Shown here: positions 45,667 to 56,096 of the stretch, one piece after another
How positions within the stretch are numbered: the first letter of the stretch is position 1
Layout of the letters: each line of letters starts with the position of its first letter
Assembly: GCA_022340305.1 (NCBI GenBank)
Contig: JAJDOF010000054.1
Location: 12,816-76,815 of the forward strand
Length of the DNA stretch: 64,000 nucleotides
Source: Gammaproteobacteria bacterium
Lineage (GTDB): Bacteria; Pseudomonadota; Gammaproteobacteria; GCA-001735895
Direction of reading: 5' to 3'
The notes under the pieces: generated by a model
Database searches by the model: none
What the model was told of the DNA's origin: nothing
Seen by the model: the letters and a program-made list of their open reading frames with translations, nothing else
Program-made: the position numbers and the translations under genes

Positions 45667-46258
45667 TTCCTCGATCCTGTTAAATCTTGGCCACTGTTTC
45701 CCGCTGCGGGGACCCTGGTGCCTGTAATAACTCGCTGCAGCACTTGCGGTGATGGCTTTTCCGCGTCGACCACGCTGACATCCTGATGCTTCTCATACGA
45801 CAGGCTTCGTGCCCGGCTTTAATCCTGTAACGGCGTCGTGATACCGAGGTTACAAGTGTCGAAACAGTGGGCACTCCTGTCAAACCGGGCGCAGAAAGGC
45901 CCCATTTTGAAGCACGGGTTCAGGCTCGGTTTTCGCCTGCCTGTGGCCCATCCACGCGGTTACGGCGGTAGACACCCAGTGCGAATACCCTGTTGTGATG
46001 CGCTTGCAGCTTCGCCGCAGCCCATAAGCGTATCCTGCGAATGGCACTAGCGAGCATTTTCAGGCTACCACCGGTTTGCACCGGATCGGCGCAATCGTCA
46101 AAATAGAAGTCAACCTTGCTTCTGACATTAATGTTTGTATCAATTTTATGTTTCATATCCTGTATAAGCTCTGTTTGATCGGTTATTTAAAGTGCAGACC
46201 TGCGCGCAGTCGCGCTGCGAGCGCATTCGACTTTCGTGTTAAGTAAGGGAATAGATAC

Positions 46259-46603
46259 CTATGCAGCCGATTTCTCCGGATCCTGCTCGAAATCGATGTC
46301 GGCGCGGTCACAACGAGCCACATTTTCTATACCGCCCGTGGGTATACGCAGATCATGAGGTTCGCGATCACTAGAATGATTCAATTCGGCAATCGTGCGT
46401 CTGGTATCGAGGTCTGTGGCTATCGCTTGCGTGGTTTGACGCCAGGGCCATTCGCTGACACCGCCGCGCAGCAACTCCCAGGAGTAGCCGTTGCGCTCAA
46501 CCCATTCACGGCCCATGGTCAAAAGCGTCGATTGCACCCGCGCCCTGGCGATGGTGTCAAAGAAACGTCCCGTGGACTCGATGATCGTGGATATGGTTAT
46601 CAT
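46259..46603 (-). CDS. DUF1127-like small protein
   Basis: TRRTIAELNHSSDREPHDLRIPTGGIENVAR resembles the DUF1127 signature (ELxxLSDRELxDIGIxRxDI). Divergent from a LysR gene, which is a common pairing. Confidence 0.55.
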   Translation of the reverse strand: MITISTIIESTGRFFDTIARARVQSTLLTMGREWVERNGYSWELLRGGVSEWPWRQTTQAIATDLDTRRTIAELNHSSDREPHDLRIPTGGIENVARCDRADIDFEQDPEKSAA

Positions 46604-46753
46604 TGCTAGTATCCTTTATGCTGGATGACGTCATTGTCGCAGCTCGCCCGAACTGTTTCCTGATACGCCAGACTCTGCAAAGCATAGAAACGACTTACGC
46701 TCGTAACAAACGAGTAATTATTATCTATCAGGTAAGAAACGGTTAACCCAGCC

Positions 46754-47734
46754 ATGATTGAAAATCTACCCTTCGGGGCATTGCGAGTATTCGAAAGCGC
46801 CTCCAGGCACCTGAGCTTTAAAGCTGCGGCCGCTGAGCTGTTCATAACACCGGCCGCGGTCAGCCAGCAGATCAAGACGCTTGAACATCATCTCGGCGTG
46901 AAATTGTTTATCCGCCAAAGTCGCGGACTTTCGCTGACGGAAGAAGCAAAACAGGGTCTGCCTCTGCTTGCACAGGGATTTAATGACCTGATCCAGGGTG
47001 TCGAGCTGATACGCAGTGCGCACATCGAGCCGAAGCTCACCATCTGGATGGCGCCTTCGTTTGCCTCGAAATGGTTTGTTCCGCGCTTGAATCGATTTGC
47101 CGAAAAGTATCCGGATATCGATCTGAATATTTCTGCAAGTCCAAACCTGGTGGATACCACTGCACCAAGAAAATCCATTCCGGTTGAGAATTTCCGGCGC
47201 GATAATGTCCATATCGCCATACGCTTTGGTAAAGGTGACTATCCCGGTTGCCGGGTCGACAAGTTGTTTTCAGTGTCAGCGATTCCGTTGTGCAGCCCGC
47301 AACTTATGCGCGGAGATCATCCGCTGCGAACTCCGCAGGATCTGCGTTTTCATACCCTGATCCACGACGATACCCTGTACGAAGGCCGGCCCGACTGGCC
47401 CACCTGGCTCGAGGCCGCAAAGGTAAGCGATATCGATGCAGACCGCGGCCTGCATTTCAACCATGGCAACCTGGCGATAAATGCCGCCGTCGACGGGCAG
47501 GGTGTAGTGCTCAGCATGAAGGCACTCGCCTCGGACGACATTGCCGCCGGTCGCCTGGTGACACCGTTCAACATCGCCCTGCCGCTCGAGTACGCCTATT
47601 ATCTGATTACACTCGATGAACTCACCGATCATCCGCATACGGCGGCTTTTCGCGACTGGTTGCTCGAGGAAGCCGGGCAGGAAGATGAATTGAACTCCAG
47701 TCAATTGAAGTCCGATGCTCGAAAAGCCGAGTGA
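46754..47734 (+). CDS. LysR-family transcriptional regulator (GcvA-like)
   Basis: N-terminal HTH LRVFESASRHLSFKAAAAELFITPAAVSQQIKTLE and a LysR substrate-binding domain. Confidence 0.9.
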   Translation: MIENLPFGALRVFESASRHLSFKAAAAELFITPAAVSQQIKTLEHHLGVKLFIRQSRGLSLTEEAKQGLPLLAQGFNDLIQGVELIRSAHIEPKLTIWMAPSFASKWFVPRLNRFAEKYPDIDLNISASPNLVDTTAPRKSIPVENFRRDNVHIAIRFGKGDYPGCRVDKLFSVSAIPLCSPQLMRGDHPLRTPQDLRFHTLIHDDTLYEGRPDWPTWLEAAKVSDIDADRGLHFNHGNLAINAAVDGQGVVLSMKALASDDIAAGRLVTPFNIALPLEYAYYLITLDELTDHPHTAAFRDWLLEEAGQEDELNSSQLKSDARKAE

Positions 47735-48303
47735 AGCAGGTAGCGCATTAACCCGAATGGAATTTAAGTCAGGTAGATTTTTAACTGGCGGAAGACATCC
47801 TTGTGCGACGCCATATTTGACCGGTATTGGTGCAAGCGCACCGACACTGTGCGCTTTGGTTCGGCAAAGCGACCTAAAATAATGCACGGGATTTCCGCCG
47901 AAAAAATTTTTACCAACCATAAGGCTATGAAATAAAAAGCAAAACCAGTCGATTGCGGCGGTCTGCTGCTGGCCGCCGTGGATATCGATGATGGGTTGCT
48001 GTGATAGTGTTTGTGCATCGCAACAATCGAGATAAACCCATGCACAAATCAAAAAAGTCAGTACTAGCTGCTACAAGTCTGTCCCTCTTTATCGACGTTG
48101 AACATCGTTGTTGTCGCTGACCCCATTAAGGTCGTCGCTACTTTTGGTTGTTGGGAGTCGGTTTCGCGTAAATCGGCATTGCCGACCGGGCCTGACCACC
48201 GAGTCGCGGTAACTACTAAGTTCAAATCCGAAACTTGTTTCGGGCAGGTCTTTTTTACAGTGCTCCTCCCTGGATCTTTTTCCTCCTAAGATTCTGGGAT
48301 TTT

Positions 48304-48332
48304 GGGGTCGGGTTAAACCGGCCCCTTTTTTT
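48304..48332 (+). terminator. intrinsic terminator (8-bp GC stem plus T7)
   Basis: GGGGTCGG-GTTAAA-CCGGCCCC followed by TTTTTTT. A weaker hairpin plus T6 lies at 48228-48256. Confidence 0.7.
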
Positions 48333-48442
48333 ACCCATGTGGGCTCTCCTGGTTAAGACGGCCAGTGAAACTTTCGCTATCAATATGTTTTTAAGATAGG
48401 TCGCGTGCGATTACTTTATTCAGCGGGGCCGGTGGTCAGCCT

Positions 48443-48703
48443 GCCGCCGACCTGATGATTTATGTTATCGATGTGGCCGAGGGCGAAAAAATACCGCGCA
48501 AGGGTGGGCCGGGCATTACCCGCTCTGATCTGCTGGTGATCAACAAGATTGAACTGGCGCCTTATGTCGGAGCCTCGCTCGAGGTGATGGCAGCGGATAC
48601 CCGGCGCATGCGCGGCGAGCGGCCGTTTGTATTCACCAACTTGAAAGACGATACCGGGCTCGACGCGGTGATCGATTTCATCATCGACCGCGGCATGCTT
48701 TGA
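48443..48703 (+). pseudogene. 3' remnant of urease accessory GTPase gene ureG
   Basis: [67 protein letters not shown] is the C-terminal ~40% of UreG. The P-loop half is absent, and an in-frame stop lies at 48392. Confidence 0.8.
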
Positions 48704-48876
48704 ATCCCCGGTGCTGGTTCAAGGCCATGCATGGCCGCGATTGATCCAGGGGTGATATAACAATCCGGCGGCACTGCCAGTATCGAATCCGGACTGTGAG
48801 CCTGCGCTTATTTATGCAATCATCCGCTCCTTGTCAGCTGATGCAAGGCCCCGCGTGAAAACCAGGCATATTATTG

Positions 48877-49752
48877 ATGAACCTCATGGCTGAGCCGTTA
48901 TCTGTTCGGCCTGGGGCTACCCGACTGTTCGGAGTCGCGCTCTGGGTGATTGCATCGCTGTGCATGCCGCGCCCCGCCCACGCCGCTCATCTGCCGCTGT
49001 GGGAGCTGGGTATCGGAATCGGTAGCCTGAACACCCCGCATTATCGCGGATCGGAGTCCGATGCTGACCTTTTGCTGCCGTTCCCCTATGTAATCTATCG
49101 CGGCAGCTTTCTGCAGATCGACCGTGAAGATGGGGTTCGTGGCAAGTTGTTCAATTCCGAGGATATCCGCGTTGAGCTGAGCCTTGCGGGTAATGTGCCG
49201 GTGCCGGACACCGATGGCGGTGCGCGCAGTGATATGGATGCGCTTGATCCGTTGCTTGAAGTCGGGGCGGAACTGATCGTTGACCTGTGGCGCGGCAGTG
49301 ACGGTGAGCACAGCTTCGGTTTCAACGTGCCGTTGCGCCTGGTTTACTCGGTGGGCGATCCATTGCTGGAATTCCAGGGCGTAACGGTGTCGCCCTATTT
49401 CAATTACAGGATCAGGCAGGAAGATCACGGCGCGCTGTTGCGCTATAACGCAAGTTTCGGCCCGATTTTTGCCAGCAGTCGCTATAACGACTATTTTTAC
49501 GAGGTGAATCCCGAGTTCGTCACCCCCCAGCGAGCGGAATACCATGCCGATTCGGGCTATGGCGGCAGTCGTGTCACGCTGTCGGTAACGCGCCATGCGC
49601 AACAATACATGGTCGGGGCCTTTGCCCGCTACGACAACCTCGACGGTGCGGTCTTTGCCGACAGCCCATTGGTCGAAACCCGGGATTACTTTATCTTTGG
49701 ACTGGTGTTTGCGTGGATACTCGGTGCGTCCGACGAAACCGTGGCGCATTGA
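48877..49752 (+). CDS. MipA/OmpV-family outer-membrane protein
   Basis: Signal peptide ending PAHA. LWELGIGIGSLNTPHYRGSES..LLPFPYVIYRG is the family N-terminal signature. The sequence shows a beta-strand alternation pattern. Confidence 0.75.
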   Translation: MNLMAEPLSVRPGATRLFGVALWVIASLCMPRPAHAAHLPLWELGIGIGSLNTPHYRGSESDADLLLPFPYVIYRGSFLQIDREDGVRGKLFNSEDIRVELSLAGNVPVPDTDGGARSDMDALDPLLEVGAELIVDLWRGSDGEHSFGFNVPLRLVYSVGDPLLEFQGVTVSPYFNYRIRQEDHGALLRYNASFGPIFASSRYNDYFYEVNPEFVTPQRAEYHADSGYGGSRVTLSVTRHAQQYMVGAFARYDNLDGAVFADSPLVETRDYFIFGLVFAWILGASDETVAH

Positions 49753-49924
49753 CCCTGGCGAAGGGCCAGATTCATAAATCCTGGGCGTAGAAAGACCCTG
49801 TTGAGGCGAAATGTGACACCTGGAGAGACCAAAGGTACCGTATAAAGGGACCTCATTTTAATAAGTTGCTAATAGAAACTTATTGGATAATCCTGACCCC
49901 CGGGCTAAATAGAGGGTTAGAGAA

Positions 49925-50695
49925 ATGAAGAAGAGTCGCTTCTACCTGTTGGGTAATTTTCGCTATATTTGCACCGCAGGGTCGGTCAGCACGATGACCA
50001 GTTCCAGGGAGGTAGCGGTGATTGCAATACTTGCCCTGTCCCATGAATACTCCTGTGCGCGCAGCAAGATTATCGACTTGCTGTGGAGCGATCGCTGTAG
50101 CGAACAGGGCAGGTCTTCGTTGCGTCATGCACTCTGGTCGTTGAAGAGAATACTCAACAACGACAATCCCGGACTGCTGCAAATCGATCGTCGGCGAATC
50201 TGCCTGAACGCAGAGGCCTGTATTATGGATACGCGAAACTTCACCGACCTGGCCGCGTCGACAAGACAGGAAGATTTGCAGCAGGCAGTTTCGATGTATC
50301 GCGGCGAATTACTGGAAGCGCTGAACATCAATGATCGTCAGTGGGAGAGTTGGCTCGGCATCGAAAGAACCAGACTGGAAATGAAATACGCGCAATGCCT
50401 ACAGTCTCTCGGCGGCCATTACCGTGCTTGCGGTGATGCCGGAAACCTGATCGATACCGGTTTGCAACTGATCGCGCATGATCCGCTCTGGGAAGAAGGG
50501 CATCGTGCGCTGATGGAAGCATACACCCTGACCCACCAGAAATCATTGGCGTTGAAGCAGTACGAGTCTTACCGCGACCTGATTCACAGGGAACTCCACA
50601 GCCATCCGGAAATCGCACTACAGCAACTCTACGAGTTGATTAAAAGCGGTAGATCGAATTTTCCCAGGGCGATTCCGGCTGGCCGCGCTGATTGA
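49925..50695 (+). CDS. SARP/BTAD-type transcriptional regulator (winged helix plus bacterial transcriptional activator domain)
   Basis: RSKIIDLLWSD..GRSSLRHALWSLKRIL is the wHTH. YRGELLE..WLGIERTRLE..DPLWEEGHRALMEAY..ALKQYESYRDLIHRELHSHPE is the BTAD. Confidence 0.7.
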   Translation: MKKSRFYLLGNFRYICTAGSVSTMTSSREVAVIAILALSHEYSCARSKIIDLLWSDRCSEQGRSSLRHALWSLKRILNNDNPGLLQIDRRRICLNAEACIMDTRNFTDLAASTRQEDLQQAVSMYRGELLEALNINDRQWESWLGIERTRLEMKYAQCLQSLGGHYRACGDAGNLIDTGLQLIAHDPLWEEGHRALMEAYTLTHQKSLALKQYESYRDLIHRELHSHPEIALQQLYELIKSGRSNFPRAIPAGRAD

Positions 50696-50872
50696 GGGTT
50701 GTCGAAATTCCGAGGGCTCATTGCATTGCTGCCTGGCAGCCTGTCGAACCTGGGGATATCACCTGAAGGAAAAAACCACCTGCGGTTGGAGCGCAGGTGG
50801 CAAGTTACGGAGCGCGGCGGGTAACTGCCTGCTGTGTTTCTGCAATGCAGATTTTCCCATGCTTGACCCGCG

Positions 50873-52204
50873 CTATTGCACTAACGGGGGAAACGGTGGA
50901 GGTGGTGCCATACAGGAAATGTTACCGATACCGGTTACCCCATTGCGGATGCTGATCTGGTTGGGATCGTGACAGGAGATATCAGCACCGCCCAGATTGC
51001 TGGCACCGCGCAAATTGATTATTCCGAATCCAGAAACGTACAATGTATTTCCACCTAAATCGACCATGGTGTCATTCATTCGAAAATTCCCCTGACGATA
51101 GACATCGATGGTCGCGTAGGGGAAATCTGCGTTTGGCGGCGTCAGATTGCTCGATTCGAAGCGAATGGTAGCAGCGTCGCCAGCGTAGATCGGTCCACCT
51201 GACTGTGCCGTCCCGGTGGCACGGATGTAACCGCGATGATAGGCCGCCATAGCGCCATTCAACGTCAGGTTGCCGCTGATGCGAACCATGCTTGAATAGG
51301 CCGATTCGATCGAGCCGTTCACGGTGGTCGGATGGCTGCCGGCGCCGAAATGAACGGTGCTGTTGTCGCCGGACCATACGGCAGTCGGATATTCATCGAC
51401 CGGTTTTCCTGATGCGCCACTAAAGCTACCACCATCGTTGATCTCTACGATGCTGTTGCCGATCGCCGAGATGGCATAGGGGTAGGTTTCCGTCGAAGCA
51501 CCAACAATACCGCTCACCGTGACAGGGGCATGCGTTATGATCAGTGCGTGATTGTAGGCCGACAGGCCTGCCCGGTTGTAGTCGGTCACAGTGACACCCT
51601 GGTGCAGGGCCAGTTGGCTGCCGTTGGATATATCGACCGCGAAATCGCCGCCGATGACATCGACTTCGGTGGCCTCGACGAAGGATCGAGCACCAGCGCT
51701 TAAGCCGGCGACAGCGGCGTCGAACAGGTAGGGCTGACCCACATAGTTAAGCGCTGACAGCGTCAGGTTTTCGAGCTTGATCGCACTCGACCGGGTAATC
51801 GCGACCGTGCCAACCGGGTTCACCGGCAAACCGGGTGGCAGCTTTACACCGTCGTCCTTGCTGCCCGTGGTATCGCCCTGCAGGGTAATATCGCGATGGT
51901 TATCGATCCACACTGGGCCATTGCACATGCCGCTCAGTGTGTAGGTGGTATTGTCCGCGAGTGTTGCGCTTTGCAGGGCATTGGCATCGTCGTTGCAATC
52001 AATTGCAACATACGAGCGCAAACCGAACTCGATGGCGAGCAGACGCTGATCCAGAGCGTCGAATTGTTCGTTGACAGCTGCTTCTCGTGCCTTCTTTCCC
52101 TTGCCGTGTCCCTCGTTGTCGTAGTCACCTGGATCGGCCAGGGAAATACCCGGAATAATTAACATGATGCCCATTAAACAGGCCAGCGTGCGTGATGAAT
52201 TCAT
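50873..52204 (-). CDS. hypothetical secreted protein, probable parallel beta-helix
   Basis: Signal peptide. Gly/Asn/Thr-rich periodic sequence without charged blocks. No catalytic motif recognised. Confidence 0.65.
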   Translation of the reverse strand: MNSSRTLACLMGIMLIIPGISLADPGDYDNEGHGKGKKAREAAVNEQFDALDQRLLAIEFGLRSYVAIDCNDDANALQSATLADNTTYTLSGMCNGPVWIDNHRDITLQGDTTGSKDDGVKLPPGLPVNPVGTVAITRSSAIKLENLTLSALNYVGQPYLFDAAVAGLSAGARSFVEATEVDVIGGDFAVDISNGSQLALHQGVTVTDYNRAGLSAYNHALIITHAPVTVSGIVGASTETYPYAISAIGNSIVEINDGGSFSGASGKPVDEYPTAVWSGDNSTVHFGAGSHPTTVNGSIESAYSSMVRISGNLTLNGAMAAYHRGYIRATGTAQSGGPIYAGDAATIRFESSNLTPPNADFPYATIDVYRQGNFRMNDTMVDLGGNTLYVSGFGIINLRGASNLGGADISCHDPNQISIRNGVTGIGNISCMAPPPPFPPLVQ

Positions 52205-52397
52205 GATGCTTTCCCCTCAATGTGATGTGAACGAGGGTGAAAGTTAATCCAGCGCCGTCTTGGGAACGTTTAAAGCGGCGTGAATCTATCGTGAACTAAA
52301 CGTTTAAATCGCACAGCGCCTGTAGGTACCTGATAACGGGCTGAGGGTCATTCGTGAGCCAGATTGTCATCGCCAGGGAGACTGGCTGATGGCCCCG

Positions 52398-53819
52398 TCA
52401 AGGCCGTGCGGCGGCGAGTCGATCGATGGTCTTTACGATGTCGTCTTCGGTGGTCAGCGGATTGATGGTGCACAGGCGCAGCACGCTCTTGTCGCGCAAC
52501 ATGGTCGACGAGACGCAAGCGAACCCCGAGTCGGTAATGGTTTTGGCGCAGGCCGCGTGTTCGCCTTCCTGCCAGTCGCGCAACGCGAAGCAAACCACGC
52601 CGATCTGTGCGGGTGTTACCACCTCCCAGGTTGCCGGGTTCTGCCGCAGGTAGCGCTCGGCAAACTCGGCGAGTTCAATGCCACGCTGAACTGCCTCACG
52701 AAAGCGTTCCGCACCATAGGTACGCAGGCTCATCCACAGCTTTACGGCCCGTGAACGGCGCGTCAGCTCCAGACTGCGATTGCCGAAATTGACCGCCCCG
52801 GTGGTGGCCTGCACGTCTTTCAGGTACTCGGGCGACATGGCGTAACAGCGCTCCAGCGCGCCCGGGCGCGTTACCATGCAGATGCCGAGATCATAGGGCT
52901 GGAAGAACCACTTGTGCGGATCGAGCACGACCGAGTCGGCGCGCTCCATACCATCGAGGTGGCGTCGCCCCTGGGCAGTGACTGCCGCCGGGCCACCGTA
53001 GGCGCCGTCAACGTGAAACCACATGTCTTCCTGTGTGCACAGGTCGGCGATGGCGTGCAGTGGATCGGCGGCGCCGGTATTGGTGGTGCCGGCCGTTGCC
53101 ACCACCATTACCGGGCGCAGGCCGGCGGCCTTGTCACTCGCAACCGCCGCCCGCAGTGCGTCGATCGACATGCAATAGTTTTCGTCGCTCGGCAATTTGT
53201 GCATGTGTTCGTCGATACAGCCCATGGCGAGCAGGTCTCGATACAGGGACGAGTGCGTCTGATCGCAAAAATAGGCTACCCCGCGACCCAGCTCGGAGCG
53301 TGCAGCGAGGAAAGCGGTCACATTGGCGATGGAACCACCCGATAGCAGCACGCCTTCGGTACCCTCGGGCATGCCGATCATTTGCCGCAGCCATTCGATG
53401 ACCACCAGCTCGATCGTCGCCGGCCCCGAACCACCACCCCAGGATGCGCTGATCGTATTAAAGCCGGTTCCCATCCACTCGCCGAGCACTGCGGCGAAGG
53501 AGCAGGGCCCCGGCACGCGTGCGAAGTATCGTGGGTGATCGCCATGCTGCTGGTAGGCGAGCGCTACTTCGGCGAGCAATTCCAGGGATTGGTCAGGATC
53601 CATCGGGGTTTCAGGTAAGGCGCCGCCCAGCGCCTGCATTAATTCCGTCGGTCCGCCAGCGATCAGGGCCGGTTCTGCGTTTTTACGCAACAGCCGGTCA
53701 ACTACCAGGTCGACTACCTTGTGGCCGAGTCGGCGCATCTCTTGCGGGTCCATGCCAAGTGTATCGGCGGGGTAGTCGAATTCATTGTCGACGTCGAGTG
53801 TCGGATTACGCTTAAGCAT
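52398..53819 (-). CDS. PLP-dependent group II (aromatic-L-amino-acid-type) decarboxylase
   Basis: The start is at MLKRNPTLD, internal to track ORF 52398..54215. LSGGSIANV, HVDGAYGG and the PLP-lysine context VLDPHKWFFQPY are present. Confidence 0.85.
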   Translation of the reverse strand: MLKRNPTLDVDNEFDYPADTLGMDPQEMRRLGHKVVDLVVDRLLRKNAEPALIAGGPTELMQALGGALPETPMDPDQSLELLAEVALAYQQHGDHPRYFARVPGPCSFAAVLGEWMGTGFNTISASWGGGSGPATIELVVIEWLRQMIGMPEGTEGVLLSGGSIANVTAFLAARSELGRGVAYFCDQTHSSLYRDLLAMGCIDEHMHKLPSDENYCMSIDALRAAVASDKAAGLRPVMVVATAGTTNTGAADPLHAIADLCTQEDMWFHVDGAYGGPAAVTAQGRRHLDGMERADSVVLDPHKWFFQPYDLGICMVTRPGALERCYAMSPEYLKDVQATTGAVNFGNRSLELTRRSRAVKLWMSLRTYGAERFREAVQRGIELAEFAERYLRQNPATWEVVTPAQIGVVCFALRDWQEGEHAACAKTITDSGFACVSSTMLRDKSVLRLCTINPLTTEDDIVKTIDRLAAARP

Positions 53820-54079
53820 GGACGGGTACCTCTTGAATGTCAGGACAGGCGGGAGCCGGAAAGGCACCGTATGCGGAGTCGTCACCATGGCAGATCTGGA
53901 TAGTCGCCCAGCATAACCGAATCGGCTGCCGCTGACGAACCGACGACCATTGCCCGGGTGTGTGATTCTTATCGAGTCCAGGGTGATCGATCCCGGCAGC
54001 AGACGATGCGTCGATTTCAAAATCCCTCGCGACAGCCACCTGTTTGTGTGAGGCCATCGGGGCGCATCGCCCGGTTGTT

Positions 54080-54454
54080 TTAGCCGAAGCGCTGATCGAG
54101 ATAGCTGATGATTTGCTTCGAGCCATACAGCCATTCGCTGGAACCATCGGTATTGATGAGGCGCAGGCAGGGCACCTGGTACTTGCCCCCTTCGCCGATC
54201 AGCTCGCGGTTCCATTTCGGGTCGTTGCGCGCGTCGCGCAATTCAATATTCAATCCCAGGCGACGAATGTTGCGTCGGGTCTTGACGCAGAACGGGCACT
54301 GTTTGAACTGGTACATTTTCATCGTCGAGGTGATGGCATCGAGCTCTGCACGCCTTTCTGCGGCCATTTCCGGTAGCGGGGGCCGAGTGATCCAGTCGAT
54401 AAATATCACCAGTTGACCGAGTGGCCAGCGGATTGCGCGAAACAGATACTTCAT
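54080..54454 (-). CDS. glutaredoxin-family protein with N-terminal hydrophobic segment
   Basis: The start is at MKYLFRAIRW. It has a CPFC active site and GGKYQVPCLRL. Confidence 0.8.
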   Translation of the reverse strand: MKYLFRAIRWPLGQLVIFIDWITRPPLPEMAAERRAELDAITSTMKMYQFKQCPFCVKTRRNIRRLGLNIELRDARNDPKWNRELIGEGGKYQVPCLRLINTDGSSEWLYGSKQIISYLDQRFG

Positions 54455-54602
54455 CGAATGAGTTTTCCATTGATCATTTTTAACGGACCCTACCCTGCTG
54501 AACCCGGAAGGCTGGAGTGCCTGCATTATGCCCTGAAACAACCCGCCAACCCAGCGATAACGTGAATCGCCAGGCGCTAGTCGAGTCAGTCGCCAAAGCC
54601 AG

Positions 54603-56087
54603 TCAATCGCCCTGGTCGCCGGATTCAACCAGGGCTGTGAGCCGCCGCCATACCTTCACCATGGCGAGCGTATCGAGGCGGCAGTAAGCGCGCAGTGCAG
54701 CGCGGGTGTGGCGGCGTTCATCGGCGTCCCGCAGCTTTACCAGCCCGGCGTAGACCGACATCGCCATGCGCCCGTCCTGTACCTCGAGCCGTTTATAGTC
54801 GGCCTCCTCGTCTGCGGGGAACATCGCCGGCAGGATCGACTTGATGGAAAAACTACCGTTGAAATCCGGGTGGTAGTACATCAGCCCGCGAAACGGTGTC
54901 AGCAGGTCGATGAAACGAGGCGTCAAGCGCCGTAAACCGGCAGCCTGCTCGGGGCAGGCATTTGCCAACGTATTGATCGCCGCGATTTCGGTCGACTGGC
55001 TGTAGGCTACGATGGATCCAGCTGCTTCGATGTCCTGCAGCAGTTGCCGCGCTACTGCCGGACGCGGGTCGGCGTGTTCGTCGGCGAGGTACTCGCGATG
55101 CTGGAGTTGTCCGTCGTGCTGCAGGATGTGCAGCGAATATTGAAAGGGTATCTGTTGATAGGGTCGTTGCCGGGGCAATTTCGGCACCGCACTCTGCAGC
55201 GTTTCGAAATCGAGAAACTGCAGCGGATAATTTGCCGAGCGAATGAATTCGCCGAGTCGATCGGGCTCGATATAAATCTCGCCGCTTAGCGCCGTATTCA
55301 CCTGCAGTGCCTGCGCTGGACTGAGCTGTAGATGCTGCAGGTCCTGGTATTGCACCATGCCCCGGTGGAAAAGTTCGAATTTACGCTCACCTTTCAGCTG
55401 GTATAGATCGAATACCGAGGGACGTGGCACTGATTGCCAGCAGTCGCCTTTGAAATCACAATCGAAAGGAGTATTGCACTGCATGCCGATCGCAATGTCG
55501 GGTTCGTCGCCCTGCAACATGGTTTGCATCGACTGCAGGTTCTGTTCCAGACCCGCCTGCATTCCGGTCACGCTAACGGTGACGTCCACGATTTTTAGCA
55601 GCTGTTCCGGGTCGAGTCGATCCGTGAGCTGGTAGCGATTGTCGATATGTACCACGTGCGCCTTGCCGAGTAAGATCTGGTCATTTAAAACCCGCCATTG
55701 AAAAGCGGCGTCATGCAGATGGTAGGGTTTCACCCGGGTCGACGATTTCACTTCATAAAAATTCCAGCGATCGCCATCACGAACCAGGATGTCGGCCATC
55801 ACCAGCAGATCGCCGCTACTGAAGGTCGCTTCATAAATAACATCGACACCGCTATCGATGAGATCCGCGGTCTGTTTAGCCATCGCGTCGAAGCGATTGT
55901 GGTCGAACTCAATCTCGGTGCCACCCGGGAATAGCGATTTCGCCAGTTCGCCGACTTCGTGTCCGCTGGCAAACATCGCCAGGCGGTTGGCATCGGGTTC
56001 GGCCATGAGATCGCGTCGGTAGCGGTATAGCCACAGCGCCTTGTGGCATTGCAGTCCGCGGATGTACTGGGACTTGGAGAGGTGCAC
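54603..56087 (-). CDS. DUF2779-like protein (predicted RecB/Cas4-like nuclease fold)
   Basis: The N-terminal LSKSQYIRGLQCHKALWLYRY matches the DUF2779 signature as I recall it. 494 aa. Confidence 0.6.
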   Translation of the reverse strand: MHLSKSQYIRGLQCHKALWLYRYRRDLMAEPDANRLAMFASGHEVGELAKSLFPGGTEIEFDHNRFDAMAKQTADLIDSGVDVIYEATFSSGDLLVMADILVRDGDRWNFYEVKSSTRVKPYHLHDAAFQWRVLNDQILLGKAHVVHIDNRYQLTDRLDPEQLLKIVDVTVSVTGMQAGLEQNLQSMQTMLQGDEPDIAIGMQCNTPFDCDFKGDCWQSVPRPSVFDLYQLKGERKFELFHRGMVQYQDLQHLQLSPAQALQVNTALSGEIYIEPDRLGEFIRSANYPLQFLDFETLQSAVPKLPRQRPYQQIPFQYSLHILQHDGQLQHREYLADEHADPRPAVARQLLQDIEAAGSIVAYSQSTEIAAINTLANACPEQAAGLRRLTPRFIDLLTPFRGLMYYHPDFNGSFSIKSILPAMFPADEEADYKRLEVQDGRMAMSVYAGLVKLRDADERRHTRAALRAYCRLDTLAMVKVWRRLTALVESGDQGD

Positions 56088-56096
56088 GTGGGCGGG

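Noticed and set aside
45920-46156. 78-aa minus-strand ORF MKHKIDTNINVRSKVDFYFDDCADPVQTGG...
   Set aside because: The N-terminal third looks plausible, with a weak AGGA Shine-Dalgarno. The remainder is Arg/Ala-rich shadow-like sequence with no recognised family, so support is insufficient.
47764-48045. 93-aa minus-strand ORF downstream of the LysR gene
   Set aside because: It has no Shine-Dalgarno, unusual composition and no motif. It lies in the putative deletion-scar region.
48205-48260. tRNA-like T-loop string GTTCAAATCC
   Set aside because: The flanking bases do not form a T-stem (CTAAG against CCGAA), and no acceptor or anticodon arms could be drawn.
54455-54628. 58-codon N-terminal extension of the glutaredoxin ORF
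   Set aside because: The extension overlaps the DUF2779 gene end. The conserved-looking N-terminus MKYLFRAIRWPLGQLVIF starts at the internal ATG at 54454.
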